Origin: an uncultured Candidatus Nitrosoarchaeum sp.
GTDB lineage: Archaea > Thermoproteota > Nitrososphaeria > Nitrososphaerales > Nitrosopumilaceae
Length of the DNA: 64,000 bases
NCBI GenBank assembly: GCA_938049695.1
Contig: CALKVM010000002.1
Span: 3,516-67,515 of the forward strand
Direction: 5' to 3'
The notes below the pieces were generated by a model. It worked only from the letters and a program-made list of their open reading frames with translations, was not told the origin of the DNA and ran no database searches. This document shows, one piece after another, positions 8,662 through 19,461 of the stretch. The translations under genes were made by a program, and so were the position numbers. Within the stretch, counting starts at the first letter, position 1. Each line of letters starts with the position of its first letter.

Positions 8662-10599
8662 ATGCAAAGAAAACAGCAACAAAAAGAATTACCTCCTAGC
8701 CAAAATATGATGGCCACCATACTGCAAAGTATACCCAAAGAAGCTAAGGTAACAAAAATAGAATATGAAGGACCACGAATTGCTTTGTATACAAATGCCC
8801 CACGTTATCTAATGGAAAACAACGAATTAATTTCGAATCTTGTTAATATAATAAAAAAAAGAATTGTTATACGAACTGATGAATCTATCAGAAAATCAGA
8901 AGAAGATGCAAGAAAAATTCTAGCAGAATGTATTCCAAAAGATGCAAATTTTCAAGGGGCATTCTTTGACACTGCTACAGGCGAAGTCTCAATTGAAGCT
9001 AAAAGACCTTGGTTACTACAAAGAGATGCAAAAGAATTCAATCATGCTGAAATAACTGAAAAAATAGGTTGGAAACTACGTATAAGAAAAGCTACTACCA
9101 TACCATCACGTACTATTCAAACAATAAATGCAACTCTCAAACTCACATCTGCTGAACGAAGTAAGCAATTCAAACAAATTGGAGATGAGATATTTAGACC
9201 TCGACTAGCACAAAAATCTGAAATATCTCTCGTAACTCTTGGTGGCTTTAGCCAAGTAGGACGATCTAGTATGTTATTATCTACTCCTGAAAGTAAAATT
9301 CTAGTAGACTGTGGTATTAATCCTGGCGCAAAACATCCAATGGATTCATTTCCTAGATTAGATTTTCTTGATATTACATTAGATGAACTTGATGCAATAG
9401 TAATTGGTCATGCACATTTAGATCACACTGGATTCTTACCTGCCTTATGCAAATTTGGTTACAAGGGACCAATCTATTGTACTGAACCAACACTCCCAAT
9501 GATGAATCTTATTCAATTAGATGCAATCAAAGTTGCTGCTGCACAAGGTAGAACTCCAATATATTCAGAAAGAGATGTGAAACAAATCATGAAACAGGCA
9601 ATAACTCTACCATATGGCACTGTTACTGATATTTCTCCTGATATTAAACTGGTTTTTGCAAATGCAGGTCATATTCTAGGTTCTGCACTATGTCATTTCC
9701 ACATTGGAAATGGTGATCATAATTTTGTTTATTCTGGTGATATTAAGTTTGGAAAAAGTATTTTGTTTGAAGCAGCAAGCTGGAATTTCCCTAGGGTGGA
9801 AACTTTATTGATTGAAAGCACATATGGTGCAAAAGAAGACATTCAACCAACTAGACAAGAAGTAGAATCTGCTTTCATTAATGCCGTAAACAATACTCTT
9901 GCTGATGGAGGAAAAGTTCTCATTCCTATTCCTGCAGTTGGTCGTGCTCAAGAAATTATGATGGTAATTGATCATTACATGAAATCTGGTGAAATGGTTG
10001 AAGCACCTGTTTTTACAGAAGGTATGATTTCAGAAGCTTCAGCAATTCATGAAGCATATCCTGAATATCTGGCTAGAGAACTAAAACAAAAAATCTTGGA
10101 AACTGATGATAATCCATTTGATTCAGAATACTTTACAAATATTGAACACGCTGATGCAAGAGAAGAGCCAATGAGAGATAACTCACCTTGCATTATTTTG
10201 GCAACATCTGGAATGTTAGAAGGTGGACCAGTTTTAGAATATTTCAAAAATATTGCACCTGATAAAAAGAACAAAGTTTTGTTCGTTTCATATCAGGTTA
10301 ATGGAACCATGGGAAGAAGAGTTTTGGATGGTTCAAAACAAGTTACTATGCTGGGTAAAGAAGGAAAAGTTGAAGTTGTTACAATAAATTGCAGTGTTGA
10401 AAAACTTGATGGATTCAGTGGACATAGTGATTATAACCAACTGATGTCTTTTGTTCAAAGACTTAGACCAAAACTTCGTAGAGTACTTGTAAATCACGGA
10501 GAACGAAGAAAATCAGAAAACTTGGCAATGAATATAAGAAGAATGTTTAGAGTTCCTGCTCATTATCCTCAAGTTCAAGAAGCAATAAAACTATTTTAG
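8662..10599 (+). CDS. fttA: KH-domain beta-CASP ribonuclease aCPSF1 (transcription termination factor)
   Basis: N-terminal KH region (EYEGP), HAHLDH, AGHILGS, GRAQE, FSGHSD and NHGE motifs; probable start at ATG 8662 downstream of psmB. Confidence 0.93.
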   Translation: MQRKQQQKELPPSQNMMATILQSIPKEAKVTKIEYEGPRIALYTNAPRYLMENNELISNLVNIIKKRIVIRTDESIRKSEEDARKILAECIPKDANFQGAFFDTATGEVSIEAKRPWLLQRDAKEFNHAEITEKIGWKLRIRKATTIPSRTIQTINATLKLTSAERSKQFKQIGDEIFRPRLAQKSEISLVTLGGFSQVGRSSMLLSTPESKILVDCGINPGAKHPMDSFPRLDFLDITLDELDAIVIGHAHLDHTGFLPALCKFGYKGPIYCTEPTLPMMNLIQLDAIKVAAAQGRTPIYSERDVKQIMKQAITLPYGTVTDISPDIKLVFANAGHILGSALCHFHIGNGDHNFVYSGDIKFGKSILFEAASWNFPRVETLLIESTYGAKEDIQPTRQEVESAFINAVNNTLADGGKVLIPIPAVGRAQEIMMVIDHYMKSGEMVEAPVFTEGMISEASAIHEAYPEYLARELKQKILETDDNPFDSEYFTNIEHADAREEPMRDNSPCIILATSGMLEGGPVLEYFKNIAPDKKNKVLFVSYQVNGTMGRRVLDGSKQVTMLGKEGKVEVVTINCSVEKLDGFSGHSDYNQLMSFVQRLRPKLRRVLVNHGERRKSENLAMNIRRMFRVPAHYPQVQEAIKLF

Positions 10600-10869
10600 A
10601 TCGTATTCTGGTTTCCAGATTTTGATACTAGATGGTGCTACAATAATTCTTTCTTCACCTAATCTTGCAATATCCGCACCTTCAGTTTTTGCAATAGAAT
10701 ACAATTCCTCAACTACTTTTCGAAGTTGTTCCACATCTTTTTGAGCCAATGGTGTAACTCTGAGAATTAAAATCATCTCTTTTTTGATGTCTTCTTTTAT
10801 CGAATGAATATCACTAATATCTCGTATAGTGATGGCTTTCAAATAGGTGGGATTTTCTTGTTTTTGCAT
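10591..10869 (-). CDS. sepF: SepF-family cell division protein
   Basis: DIARLGEERIIVAP C-terminal motif; conserved neighbour of aCPSF1. Confidence 0.8.
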   Translation of the reverse strand: MQKQENPTYLKAITIRDISDIHSIKEDIKKEMILILRVTPLAQKDVEQLRKVVEELYSIAKTEGADIARLGEERIIVAPSSIKIWKPEYDLK

Positions 10870-10942
10870 CCTTGAGTAAAATGCGATCTACCCCTTCAAA
10901 AACTCTTCCTTAGTTTTAACTAATTTTAAAAAATTCTCATGC

Positions 10943-11980
10943 CTAAATTCTAAATTTAATGTATGATTCTTCTTCGGCATGCTGTGTAATAATTTCTTCT
11001 TTTGTATTATTCTTATTGATAATAACTGATGCTTGTTCTCCTTTTGGTGCATCTGAATATCTTAAGGTAATAGAAGATGCAAATTTCACATACGCGTCTG
11101 CGTTTTTTCCACGTAAAATTGAAACTGGTCCCATATGATCACGAGCCTGAAATAAAATATCTCCTGGTAACGCAATTGCCTTTATCATTTCGTTTTCATC
11201 TTTATTTCTTCCAACAACAAATTTAGTTTGTTCATCTAATCTGAAATGTCTTCCAATCTTTAACAAATCAACATCATTTATTGTAGGAGTTTCAGTATGT
11301 GCAAACAAATCTTTTGCACGTAATCCAAATGATGGATCAGTTAAAAGACATCCACCACCTGCATTTGGTGGATTTTCAATTCCGTATTTTTTTGCCATAT
11401 CTAATTGCGCTCTTCTAGTTCTTCCTTTAATCATTCCAAGATTTTCTCTTTTGATCAGTCCATTTCTCTCAGGATCTGTTTCTGGAAGTAATGCTGCAGA
11501 TAATGGTCTAACAATTTTTCCTACAAGACCTGATGCTTTTTCAATAGTTCTTAATGCAGGACCATGTTGACTCATTGGTCTTTGTCCCAATACTTCTCCT
11601 GAAATTATAAATTCAGCTCCAATCTCATCCATGTGTTTTTTTGCAGCGTCAAACATCATAGCTCTACAATCTATACATGGATTAAATCCAGAACCAATAC
11701 CATATTTTGGATGTTTTAACATCTCAATGTATTCATCACCAAGATATACTGTTTTTAAATTGACATTAAGATCGTCTGCTCTTTCTCTAATCTCAAAACC
11801 ACAACCTCTACCACAATCAAAATCACAAAAAGGAGTCTTTATTGCAACAGCTGAAACTTCAAAGCCTTGTTCTTGCATCATTCTTATTGCAAGCTGACTA
11901 TCTAAACCACCAGATAGTAAAGCAACTACTTTCTTTTTTTCTTCTGTCACAATCATAAAAATTAAAATTCCAATATACAA
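10943..11980 (-). CDS. PP-loop tRNA thiolase-like protein (ThiI/MnmA-like) with a C-terminal DUF814-type domain
   Basis: SGGLDS PP-loop, NPCIDC, GEVLGQRPMSQ, GGCLLT, GRHFR and GRN..EN motifs. Confidence 0.85.
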   Translation of the reverse strand: MYIGILIFMIVTEEKKKVVALLSGGLDSQLAIRMMQEQGFEVSAVAIKTPFCDFDCGRGCGFEIRERADDLNVNLKTVYLGDEYIEMLKHPKYGIGSGFNPCIDCRAMMFDAAKKHMDEIGAEFIISGEVLGQRPMSQHGPALRTIEKASGLVGKIVRPLSAALLPETDPERNGLIKRENLGMIKGRTRRAQLDMAKKYGIENPPNAGGGCLLTDPSFGLRAKDLFAHTETPTINDVDLLKIGRHFRLDEQTKFVVGRNKDENEMIKAIALPGDILFQARDHMGPVSILRGKNADAYVKFASSITLRYSDAPKGEQASVIINKNNTKEEIITQHAEEESYIKFRI

Positions 11981-12024
11981 ACTTTACATCATACATAAAT
12001 TGAGAAACGATATGATATTTTTTT

Positions 12025-13089
12025 GTGAAGGAACGAAGAAAAAATCTTCTCAAATTCGCTCAAAAGATCGACTGTGATACACTAGTCACATTTGAGCCTG
12101 AAAATTTATTTTACATGACTGGATTCTGGGGTGAAGCTATTGGAATGTTGGAAAAAGGTGGAAAAACTACCATAATTGCTCCGGAACTTGAAGTTGGTCG
12201 TGTCAAAGAAGAATCTGAAGACTGTGACATAATTACAGCCGAACGAGGTATGGGCTTAATTTCTTCATTAACTAATAAAATCAAAAAAAAGAAAGTTTGT
12301 ACTGATTGCCAAAATTATTCTATAGTGACATCTCTCAAAAAATCCATCCCTACAATAAAATCATCTACGGAACCATTTTACAATTCTCGTATAATCAAAG
12401 ATGAAAAAGAGATCGATATTCTAAAAAAAGCTTCAAAAATAATTGATGAAATGTATGATATTTGTTATAAAAAAATGAAAGTAGGCCAAAAAGAATCTGA
12501 AATACAAACAATCTTGATGTCATATGCAATGGAGCACAAAATGTTTGATACTGGATACAAGTCTACTCTTAACCCTTTGATTATAGCTGGAGGACCAAAT
12601 GGATCTTTACCACATGCACAAGTAACTGATAGAAAATTCAAAAAAGGAGATCTTGTAGTTGTTGATCTTACATTAAGATATAAAGGATATGTTTCAGATG
12701 CAACCAGAACATTTGCAATTGGAAAAATATCATCTCAGGAAAAACAAGTTTATGAAATTGTAAAAGAATCACAAAAACTTGGATTAGAAGCTGTTAAACC
12801 AAATGTAGATTGTAAAGATGTAGATTTTGCATGTAGAAAATATATTGATGAACAAAACTATGGGCAATATTTTATTCATTCAACAGGTCATGGTATAGGA
12901 CTAGAAGTTCATGAGTTACCTACTATTTCATACAGAAGCGATACCAAACTAAAAGAAAATATGGCAATTACAGTAGAACCTGGAATCTACATACCAAATA
13001 AATTTGGAGTTAGAATTGAAGATTCTTTAATTGTAAAAGATAAATCCATTATTCTACACAAATTTACAAAAGATCTAATTACTATCTAA
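12025..13089 (+). CDS. Xaa-Pro aminopeptidase/prolidase (M24B)
   Basis: PH, D...SD.TRT, HSTGHGIGLEVHE, TVEPGIY and GVRIED motifs. Confidence 0.93.
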   Translation: MKERRKNLLKFAQKIDCDTLVTFEPENLFYMTGFWGEAIGMLEKGGKTTIIAPELEVGRVKEESEDCDIITAERGMGLISSLTNKIKKKKVCTDCQNYSIVTSLKKSIPTIKSSTEPFYNSRIIKDEKEIDILKKASKIIDEMYDICYKKMKVGQKESEIQTILMSYAMEHKMFDTGYKSTLNPLIIAGGPNGSLPHAQVTDRKFKKGDLVVVDLTLRYKGYVSDATRTFAIGKISSQEKQVYEIVKESQKLGLEAVKPNVDCKDVDFACRKYIDEQNYGQYFIHSTGHGIGLEVHELPTISYRSDTKLKENMAITVEPGIYIPNKFGVRIEDSLIVKDKSIILHKFTKDLITI

Positions 13090-13091
13090 TT

Positions 13092-13586
13092 TTAATCATA
13101 ATAGTTTACAATATCAATCACATGTTTTGCATTTGAATTTTTAGCCTCGATTTCTTTTGTATCTTGATTTACATTCCAAACATACTCTGTCTTTCCTTTA
13201 TAGGATTCAAATGTCAAAATCACTTTGTAAATATTTTCAGTAGATTCATCTGCACTAGAAACAACAAGATCTACTTTTGTCTTTTTATTATCATATATTT
13301 TTTCATTAGGATAATCGGTTGCAATTTGTTCAGTTATAGAATTCATTACAGTTAATCCTTTTTCATTTGGACCATTATACGACATTAAAATTTCCACAAT
13401 TTCTTTTTGTTTATCTGTTAAATTATCTGGAAAACTACTTTGTAAATCACCTTTTGTTAATTCTGGAACTACAAAAATCACAAATATTGCTATTATGCCT
13501 AGATAAATTGGGGCTCTATTTTTTAGAAATGCCTTAAAATCTGATTTTTTTGGTTTTCTTTCTTTCTTTTTGTTATCTTTGTCCAT
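13092..13586 (-). CDS. Hypothetical single-pass membrane protein
   Basis: 164-aa ORF with a basic N-terminus and one TM helix. Confidence 0.75.
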   Translation of the reverse strand: MDKDNKKKERKPKKSDFKAFLKNRAPIYLGIIAIFVIFVVPELTKGDLQSSFPDNLTDKQKEIVEILMSYNGPNEKGLTVMNSITEQIATDYPNEKIYDNKKTKVDLVVSSADESTENIYKVILTFESYKGKTEYVWNVNQDTKEIEAKNSNAKHVIDIVNYYD

Positions 13587-13605
13587 TTTATTTCCTTGTT
13601 ATCAA

Positions 13606-14451
13606 TTAGTATTTTGCAGTTAAAATTAAAACTTGCCAAGGAAATACAATCATCCCATTTTTTTTAGTATGTGGAATGGTATTTTGTTTGACTACTTGTT
13701 TCAATTCTTTTCTTTTAGATGTATTTAGTGAATTTAATTTTTCTTTGAGTGGTTTGGCAATGTATTTTAGATAATTTCCCCAATAATCATCAAAGTTTCC
13801 TGGACTATAACTAAAAGTAAAATCCTTTATTGAAATTTTTGAGAATCCTGCCTTTCTAACTTCGTTATCTAACGTACTTTTTGTTCCAAATCTATCCATA
13901 TTAGGTGAACCAGGTGGTACATAATCTGGAATAAATTCTGTTATGGCATCTAAAATATTACTAAAAAATGGCACTTTATCCTTATGACCATGAACCGATA
14001 TTCCAAGTGTTCCTGTTTTTTTGAGGCTATTTCTAATGTTTTTTAATGCGTTTTGTGCATTAGGGAAAAAAAATAATGCATACTGGCATGTTGCAATATC
14101 AAATTTATGAGAAAAACTAAATTTTTCAGCATCAATATTTACAAAATCTAAATTAGATTTTGCACCATTCCATTTCTTTGCAATTTTAATTGCAGTAACT
14201 GACGCATCTGCTCCAACAACGTATCCTGAATTTCCAACTTTATCTCTAATTTTTTTTGTGACTACTCCAGTACCACATGCAAGATCTAAGACACTATTGC
14301 CTTTACTTACATTAACTAGATGAACTAATTTAGAGGTACTCTGAAATGGACCTTCATTAACACTTGCCCATCTTTTATGGTATCGTGGTGCTATTTCATT
14401 CCATATTTTCATATTTCTTTGCTTATACTCTGTATGATTGAATTTCACCAT
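13606..14451 (-). CDS. Class I SAM-dependent methyltransferase
   Basis: VLDLACGTG motif I; DAE..F. Confidence 0.88.
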   Translation of the reverse strand: MVKFNHTEYKQRNMKIWNEIAPRYHKRWASVNEGPFQSTSKLVHLVNVSKGNSVLDLACGTGVVTKKIRDKVGNSGYVVGADASVTAIKIAKKWNGAKSNLDFVNIDAEKFSFSHKFDIATCQYALFFFPNAQNALKNIRNSLKKTGTLGISVHGHKDKVPFFSNILDAITEFIPDYVPPGSPNMDRFGTKSTLDNEVRKAGFSKISIKDFTFSYSPGNFDDYWGNYLKYIAKPLKEKLNSLNTSKRKELKQVVKQNTIPHTKKNGMIVFPWQVLILTAKY

Positions 14452-14475
14452 GTCTTTGTTAACTCATGATGTATT

Positions 14476-14643
14476 TTATGTAATCTCTTTAAAATCCGAT
14501 TGAAGTGTTCTTCCTGTTTCATGAAAATATTTATGTTCAATTTCTTTTAATTTTTCTGATATTTTTTTATTTTTTGCTTTTTTTATCTTTAATTTAATTT
14601 CTTTATATTCAGCAACAAGTTTTCTCATTTCAGATTTTTTCAT
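14476..14643 (-). CDS. Small Lys-rich helical hypothetical protein (55 aa)
   Basis: Manual translation MKKSEMRKLVAEYKEIKLKIKKAKNKKISEKLKEIEHKYFHETGRTLQSDFKEIT*; ATG lies 1 nt after the coaBC stop and the ORF fills the gap. Confidence 0.7.
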   Translation of the reverse strand: MKKSEMRKLVAEYKEIKLKIKKAKNKKISEKLKEIEHKYFHETGRTLQSDFKEIT

Positions 14644-14644
14644 T

Positions 14645-15937
14645 TCAAATTTTTAACTGCTGTTCAATTTCTTTTCTAATAAATTTAGCAATTTTTTCTT
14701 TTTTCATCCACTTTGAAGAAATTACTTTATGTGAATTTATAATTAATACTTCATTACTTTCAGGATTCTTCCTATATCTAATTGAGCCGATATCGTTTGC
14801 CACGATCATATCTGCAGATGATTCATTCATTTTTTTCTTAGCTGATATGATCAACTCTTTTTTTGAAAGATTTGTCTCTGCTTTGAAACCAACCAAAAAA
14901 ACATTTTTTTGATATCTTTTAATCTGATTAATGATTTTTGGTGTCTTTTTGAGGCTAATTTTTATTTTATTTTTGGTACTTTTTATTTTGTTTTTACTAG
15001 TATTTTCTGGAGTATAATCTGATACTGCAGCTGCCATTATTACTATGTCGAATTTTTTACGCATTTCTTTTTTTACAACATTAAACATTTCTTTGCTTGT
15101 AGAAATTTTAATTATTTTTGCACCTTTTGGTGGTTTTTCAATTCCAGGACCATAAACTAAAGTAACTCTAGCTCCTGAGGAAATTAATTCCGAAGCTAAC
15201 AATATTCCAGTTTTTCCTGAACTTTGATTTGTAATTATGCGAATAGGATCAATATATTCAATTGTTGGTCCTGCAGTAATTAACACTTTTTTATTTTTTA
15301 AAATAGATGAAAATCCAAATTTTCTTAACACATATTCCAAAACATCTTCTGGTTCAGATGCTTTTGCTTTTCCTTCAATCATATGTGGTGTTAGAAATTC
15401 AATTTTATTTTTTAAAAAATCTATATTCTTTTTTACAGCTGCATTATCATACATAGATGCATGCATAGCAAGACACATCAAAATTGGAATCTTTGAGCCA
15501 AATCCTACTGTAAGAACTGTAGATATTGGTGTATCATCAATACCATTAGCTAATTTTCCAAGTGTATTTGCAGTAGCTGGATAAACTATGATAAGATCTG
15601 ATTGATTATAATCTGCTAATCTAATATGTTCTAATTCTCCTGTTAATTTCGTTATAACTTCATTTCCAGTTGCCCACTTGAAATAATCTGGCTGTACGAG
15701 TTTTGTGACTGCATTACTTGTAACACATGTAACATCAGCACCATGTCTCATTAGTAATCTTGCTAACTCAATTGCTTTGTATGCTGCAACACTTCCTGCA
15801 ACACAAAGAACAATTTTTCTCTCAGAGAGCTCAACACCATAAGAACCTACAATATCTAATGAAGGGTGATTCTTTTTCTTGATAATTATCTTTTTAACTG
15901 CCAATTTGCTCTCGTAATTTTTTAAATTCATCATCAT
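14645..15937 (-). CDS. coaBC: Phosphopantothenoylcysteine decarboxylase/phosphopantothenate-cysteine ligase (true start probably slightly downstream)
   Basis: GSVAAYK, EHI, PATANT, TAGPT.E.IDP.R.ITN.SSGK, AAVSDY and GFKAE motifs. Confidence 0.96.
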   Translation of the reverse strand: MMMNLKNYESKLAVKKIIIKKKNHPSLDIVGSYGVELSERKIVLCVAGSVAAYKAIELARLLMRHGADVTCVTSNAVTKLVQPDYFKWATGNEVITKLTGELEHIRLADYNQSDLIIVYPATANTLGKLANGIDDTPISTVLTVGFGSKIPILMCLAMHASMYDNAAVKKNIDFLKNKIEFLTPHMIEGKAKASEPEDVLEYVLRKFGFSSILKNKKVLITAGPTIEYIDPIRIITNQSSGKTGILLASELISSGARVTLVYGPGIEKPPKGAKIIKISTSKEMFNVVKKEMRKKFDIVIMAAAVSDYTPENTSKNKIKSTKNKIKISLKKTPKIINQIKRYQKNVFLVGFKAETNLSKKELIISAKKKMNESSADMIVANDIGSIRYRKNPESNEVLIINSHKVISSKWMKKEKIAKFIRKEIEQQLKI

Positions 15938-16733
15938 CCATTGAAAACCAATTCTCTTGAGCAGGAAACATGCCTAATTCTACATCCTTTTTATAATTTT
16001 CAAGCGCTTTTACAATATCCTCAGATAAATTCAAGTATCTTTTTGCAAATCTTGGTTTAATTTTTTCAAACATACCCAATAAATCTTGCACAACTAATAT
16101 CTGACCATTACAACCAACACCAGAACCAATTCCAATAGTAGGTACACTAACAGTTTCAGAAATTATTTGTGCAACTTCATGACTTATCATTTCTAATGTA
16201 ATACTGAATACACCTGCTTCTTCAAGCTCTTTTGCATCTTCGATTAATTTTATTGCAGTATCTTTTGTTCTTCCTTGTACTTTGTATCCTTCTGATAACA
16301 TTGTTGTTTGTGGTTGTAAACCAATGTGACCCATTACTGGAATTCCAACATCTACAATTGCACTGATCGTTTCTGATATGGAAATTCCACCCTCAAGCTT
16401 GACTGCATCAGCTCCTGCTTTTATTAACCTTCCAGAATTTTTTATTGCATCTTCAATACTTGCTTGATATGACATAAATGGTAAATCTGCAACCAGTAAA
16501 GCATTTTTTCTTGCTCTACTAACTGCTTCAGTAAATATACACATTTGATCCATTGTTACAGGAATAGTGTTTTCATAACCAAGCATTACCATTCCTGCAC
16601 TATCTCCAACAAGTAGTATATCTATTCCAGATTTATCGCATAATGATGCAAGTGTATAGTCATAACTTGTAATTGCTGAGATCTTTTTCCCTTCTTTTTT
16701 CATTTTAATAATATCGTAAACTGATTTATGCAA
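15894..16733 (-). CDS. panB: 3-methyl-2-oxobutanoate hydroxymethyltransferase
   Basis: LVGDS, DLPFMSY, KLEGG, GHIGL.PQ and IGIGSG motifs. Confidence 0.97.
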   Translation of the reverse strand: MHKSVYDIIKMKKEGKKISAITSYDYTLASLCDKSGIDILLVGDSAGMVMLGYENTIPVTMDQMCIFTEAVSRARKNALLVADLPFMSYQASIEDAIKNSGRLIKAGADAVKLEGGISISETISAIVDVGIPVMGHIGLQPQTTMLSEGYKVQGRTKDTAIKLIEDAKELEEAGVFSITLEMISHEVAQIISETVSVPTIGIGSGVGCNGQILVVQDLLGMFEKIKPRFAKRYLNLSEDIVKALENYKKDVELGMFPAQENWFSMDDDEFKKLREQIGS

Positions 16734-17496
16734 TATGTGACCTCTTTGTTAGATTATCTCTAATTTCAATAATGTTATCTGAGAGATTTTTTTTGTTATT
16801 AAAGTCCTTAACAATTTTTCCAAGTATTTTCTTATTTTTGTTTGATAATTTTTTACATGTTATAGTTAACAAATCTATTGCTCGTGTAACGTTATCTACT
16901 ATTGTTATGTTGGCAGTTTGTGAAGTTCTTGAAAGCGGATTTAGATCAAATGTTATGACTATTTTTCCCGATCTTCTTAATGCCATAGTTCTATCCCCAT
17001 CTTCTAATGGAACAATCACGACATCTGCTGTAAAAATCCCATTTTTATCAACTATTCTTCTTGCTGAATCCAGTCCTGATAATGTAGTTGATGAATTACG
17101 ATTTATACCTAAAATCTCCTTTGCACCACTCTTTTTGAGGATCTTTACGATATTCTGCTTTCGTTTCTCATTTGCATAAAACAGATTTACTTCAATTTTT
17201 GCCCTTGATGTATTGGCAAGCCTGACTATTTCTTTTGGACATAATGCAGCAATATTGCCATTGACAGAGATTACAGGTAAATCTGCTAAAAGAATTTGTG
17301 CAGCAGCTGCTTTGATTGCTAGTTTTGCAGTCTTGTTTGTTTTTTCACCAAGTAAATAATCAAAAGCTTCGCCTCTACCATGTGCTAAGAGACCTTCTTT
17401 AGCTACTAATCCATGATCAAATCCAGTAACAAGTTTTTCTCGAATTAAAAGAGACTTTACTCTAGGATGAGATTTTGGAATTAAAGACATTAACAT
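16726..17496 (-). CDS. Archaeal phosphopantothenate synthetase (PPS)
   Basis: HPR..SL..RE, AHGRGEAFDYL.GE, SVNGN, VPLEDGDR and DLNPLSRT motifs. Confidence 0.93.
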   Translation of the reverse strand: MLMSLIPKSHPRVKSLLIREKLVTGFDHGLVAKEGLLAHGRGEAFDYLLGEKTNKTAKLAIKAAAAQILLADLPVISVNGNIAALCPKEIVRLANTSRAKIEVNLFYANEKRKQNIVKILKKSGAKEILGINRNSSTTLSGLDSARRIVDKNGIFTADVVIVPLEDGDRTMALRRSGKIVITFDLNPLSRTSQTANITIVDNVTRAIDLLTITCKKLSNKNKKILGKIVKDFNNKKNLSDNIIEIRDNLTKRSHIA

Positions 17497-17500
17497 TCAA

Positions 17501-18415
17501 TTAATTACTGAGTACTCTTGCTCCCTGATTATCTAATTCTGATCTTATAATTATTCCTTCAGGATACTTTTCTAAAATTTGTAAAACATGATTTTCTTTT
17601 TCTTTTGGTATCATTGTAAATACAGTTTCACCAAATAGTGCAACACCACATTTTATTCCATTTGAAGCTAATTCTTGAATTAAATTTTCCATTCTTAAAG
17701 TCATTACTTGAACATATTTTGCAAATTCCAAAGACATATCCTGAAAATGTTCATAGTTCTTTGATTCTAATAGCCTATTTACCATTTTTCCACCAAGACC
17801 ATTAATTTGAGAAAGACGTTCTTTGATGAACTTATTTGTTGAAATTGGTGAAAAACAAATCATAATTATAGAAATATCTTTTATGTTTATTTTTTCTACT
17901 TGACCTATTCCTGGTGCTCCTGGTTTAATTCTTATTTCAAAACCACCATGATATGATGCCAAAACATCACCCAACCCTGTCTTGCAATTTATCTCAGCAT
18001 TATGTGCAATCTGACCAATGATTGTCGGTTCTAATCTTGTTTTAAGAACATGATCTAGTGCATATGATAATGACAATGCAACAGCACTGCTAGAACCTAA
18101 ACCATATCCAACTGGTATGGTGATCTCATGCTGAATATCAAAAAATATATTTTCAAAATTTCCGAGCTTTAAAAATTCATTTAATACATATTCTGAAACA
18201 TCGGTCTTATCTGATTGATAACCTATAGTAGTAATTTTAAAGTTAGAATTTTGATCAATTTTAGGTAAAATATTGATATGAGTAGTAACGCCTTCTCTAA
18301 TTGAAAATCCTGCTCCCATAGAACCTAATTTTTCAGGGTTTTTTTGATTATCTTTCTCTAAGTAAGCTTTGAAAAAACCTGTAATATGTGCAGGACAAAA
18401 TGCAGTTGCCTCCAT
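17501..18415 (-). CDS. Pantoate kinase (GHMP family, PoK)
   Basis: P.HITGFF, GS.GAG, P.G.G.GSS, TGLGDV and PGAPG motifs; heads the CoA operon. Confidence 0.9.
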   Translation of the reverse strand: MEATAFCPAHITGFFKAYLEKDNQKNPEKLGSMGAGFSIREGVTTHINILPKIDQNSNFKITTIGYQSDKTDVSEYVLNEFLKLGNFENIFFDIQHEITIPVGYGLGSSSAVALSLSYALDHVLKTRLEPTIIGQIAHNAEINCKTGLGDVLASYHGGFEIRIKPGAPGIGQVEKINIKDISIIMICFSPISTNKFIKERLSQINGLGGKMVNRLLESKNYEHFQDMSLEFAKYVQVMTLRMENLIQELASNGIKCGVALFGETVFTMIPKEKENHVLQILEKYPEGIIIRSELDNQGARVLSN

Positions 18416-18480
18416 TGATCTCAGTTTAAATTTTACATAAAATATAAGAATATGGCTTAAATTAATTAAATTAGTATAAA

Positions 18481-19461
18481 TTGACTAAATTTATTCGACG
18501 CCTGCAAAGGATTGGTAGTAGTATTCTAGTTTCATTACCTAAAGAATGGATAGTTGCCAATAATTTAGATAAAGGTAGCCAAGTTGAGCTTGAAACAGGA
18601 CAAGATACCATCTCAATTTCTGCAAACAAAGAAATGCGTCCTACAAAAGAACTTGTAATTTCATATCCATTACCTAAAGATGAAAATATTGTAGCTGACA
18701 TCACTGGAGCTTATCTTTTAGGATATGACGTTATTCAAATTACTTCAAAATCAATCATACCAGGTGAGGATAGAGAACAAATTAGAAATTCAATGAGACG
18801 ATTAGTTGGTATGGAGATTATTGAAGAAGATGCCTCAAATATTAATATGCAATTTCTTTTAGATGCCACAACCCTAAATCCAGAAAAAATTCTAAAAAGA
18901 ATGAGTTCTATTGCACTTGGAATGTATGATGATGTATCAAATGGATTAATTTTAGATGATAAATCAAATTTGCAAACATTATCAAAAAGAGATGTTGAGG
19001 TTAATAGACAATATTTTCTTCTTGTACGTTTAATCAGGAGTACACTTGTTGATAAAAGATTAGCTAATGTATTTAATTTAGAAAATATTGATATTTTAGA
19101 TTATAGAGTAGCTGCTAATCTTTTAGAAAATGCGGGTGATACAATAGTAGAGCTTGCTGATTTTATTTATGACTCTTCTTTATCTAATGAACATTTGAAG
19201 AAAATTTTTGATGTAGTACAAAATTTTAATATTCTTGCAGAAAAATCTATTGATGCATTTATCAAACCTGATAGACGTTTAGCCATAGAAGCTATATTAT
19301 TACATAAAAAATACCAGGAAAATCTTTCTAAACTCCGAAGTACAATAGGAAATAAAAAACAAATTCCTATTGATCTTCTTGATCTTGTTTATATGTTTGA
19401 ACGAATTGCAAAATCTTGGGCTGATATTGTAGATCTTGTAAAGCCCATTTACAATAAATAA
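18481..19461 (+). CDS. phoU: AbrB-domain plus PhoU-domain regulator
   Basis: RRLQRIGSSILVSLPKEW AbrB domain; E..GD and ERIA PhoU repeats. Confidence 0.88.
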   Translation: MTKFIRRLQRIGSSILVSLPKEWIVANNLDKGSQVELETGQDTISISANKEMRPTKELVISYPLPKDENIVADITGAYLLGYDVIQITSKSIIPGEDREQIRNSMRRLVGMEIIEEDASNINMQFLLDATTLNPEKILKRMSSIALGMYDDVSNGLILDDKSNLQTLSKRDVEVNRQYFLLVRLIRSTLVDKRLANVFNLENIDILDYRVAANLLENAGDTIVELADFIYDSSLSNEHLKKIFDVVQNFNILAEKSIDAFIKPDRRLAIEAILLHKKYQENLSKLRSTIGNKKQIPIDLLDLVYMFERIAKSWADIVDLVKPIYNK

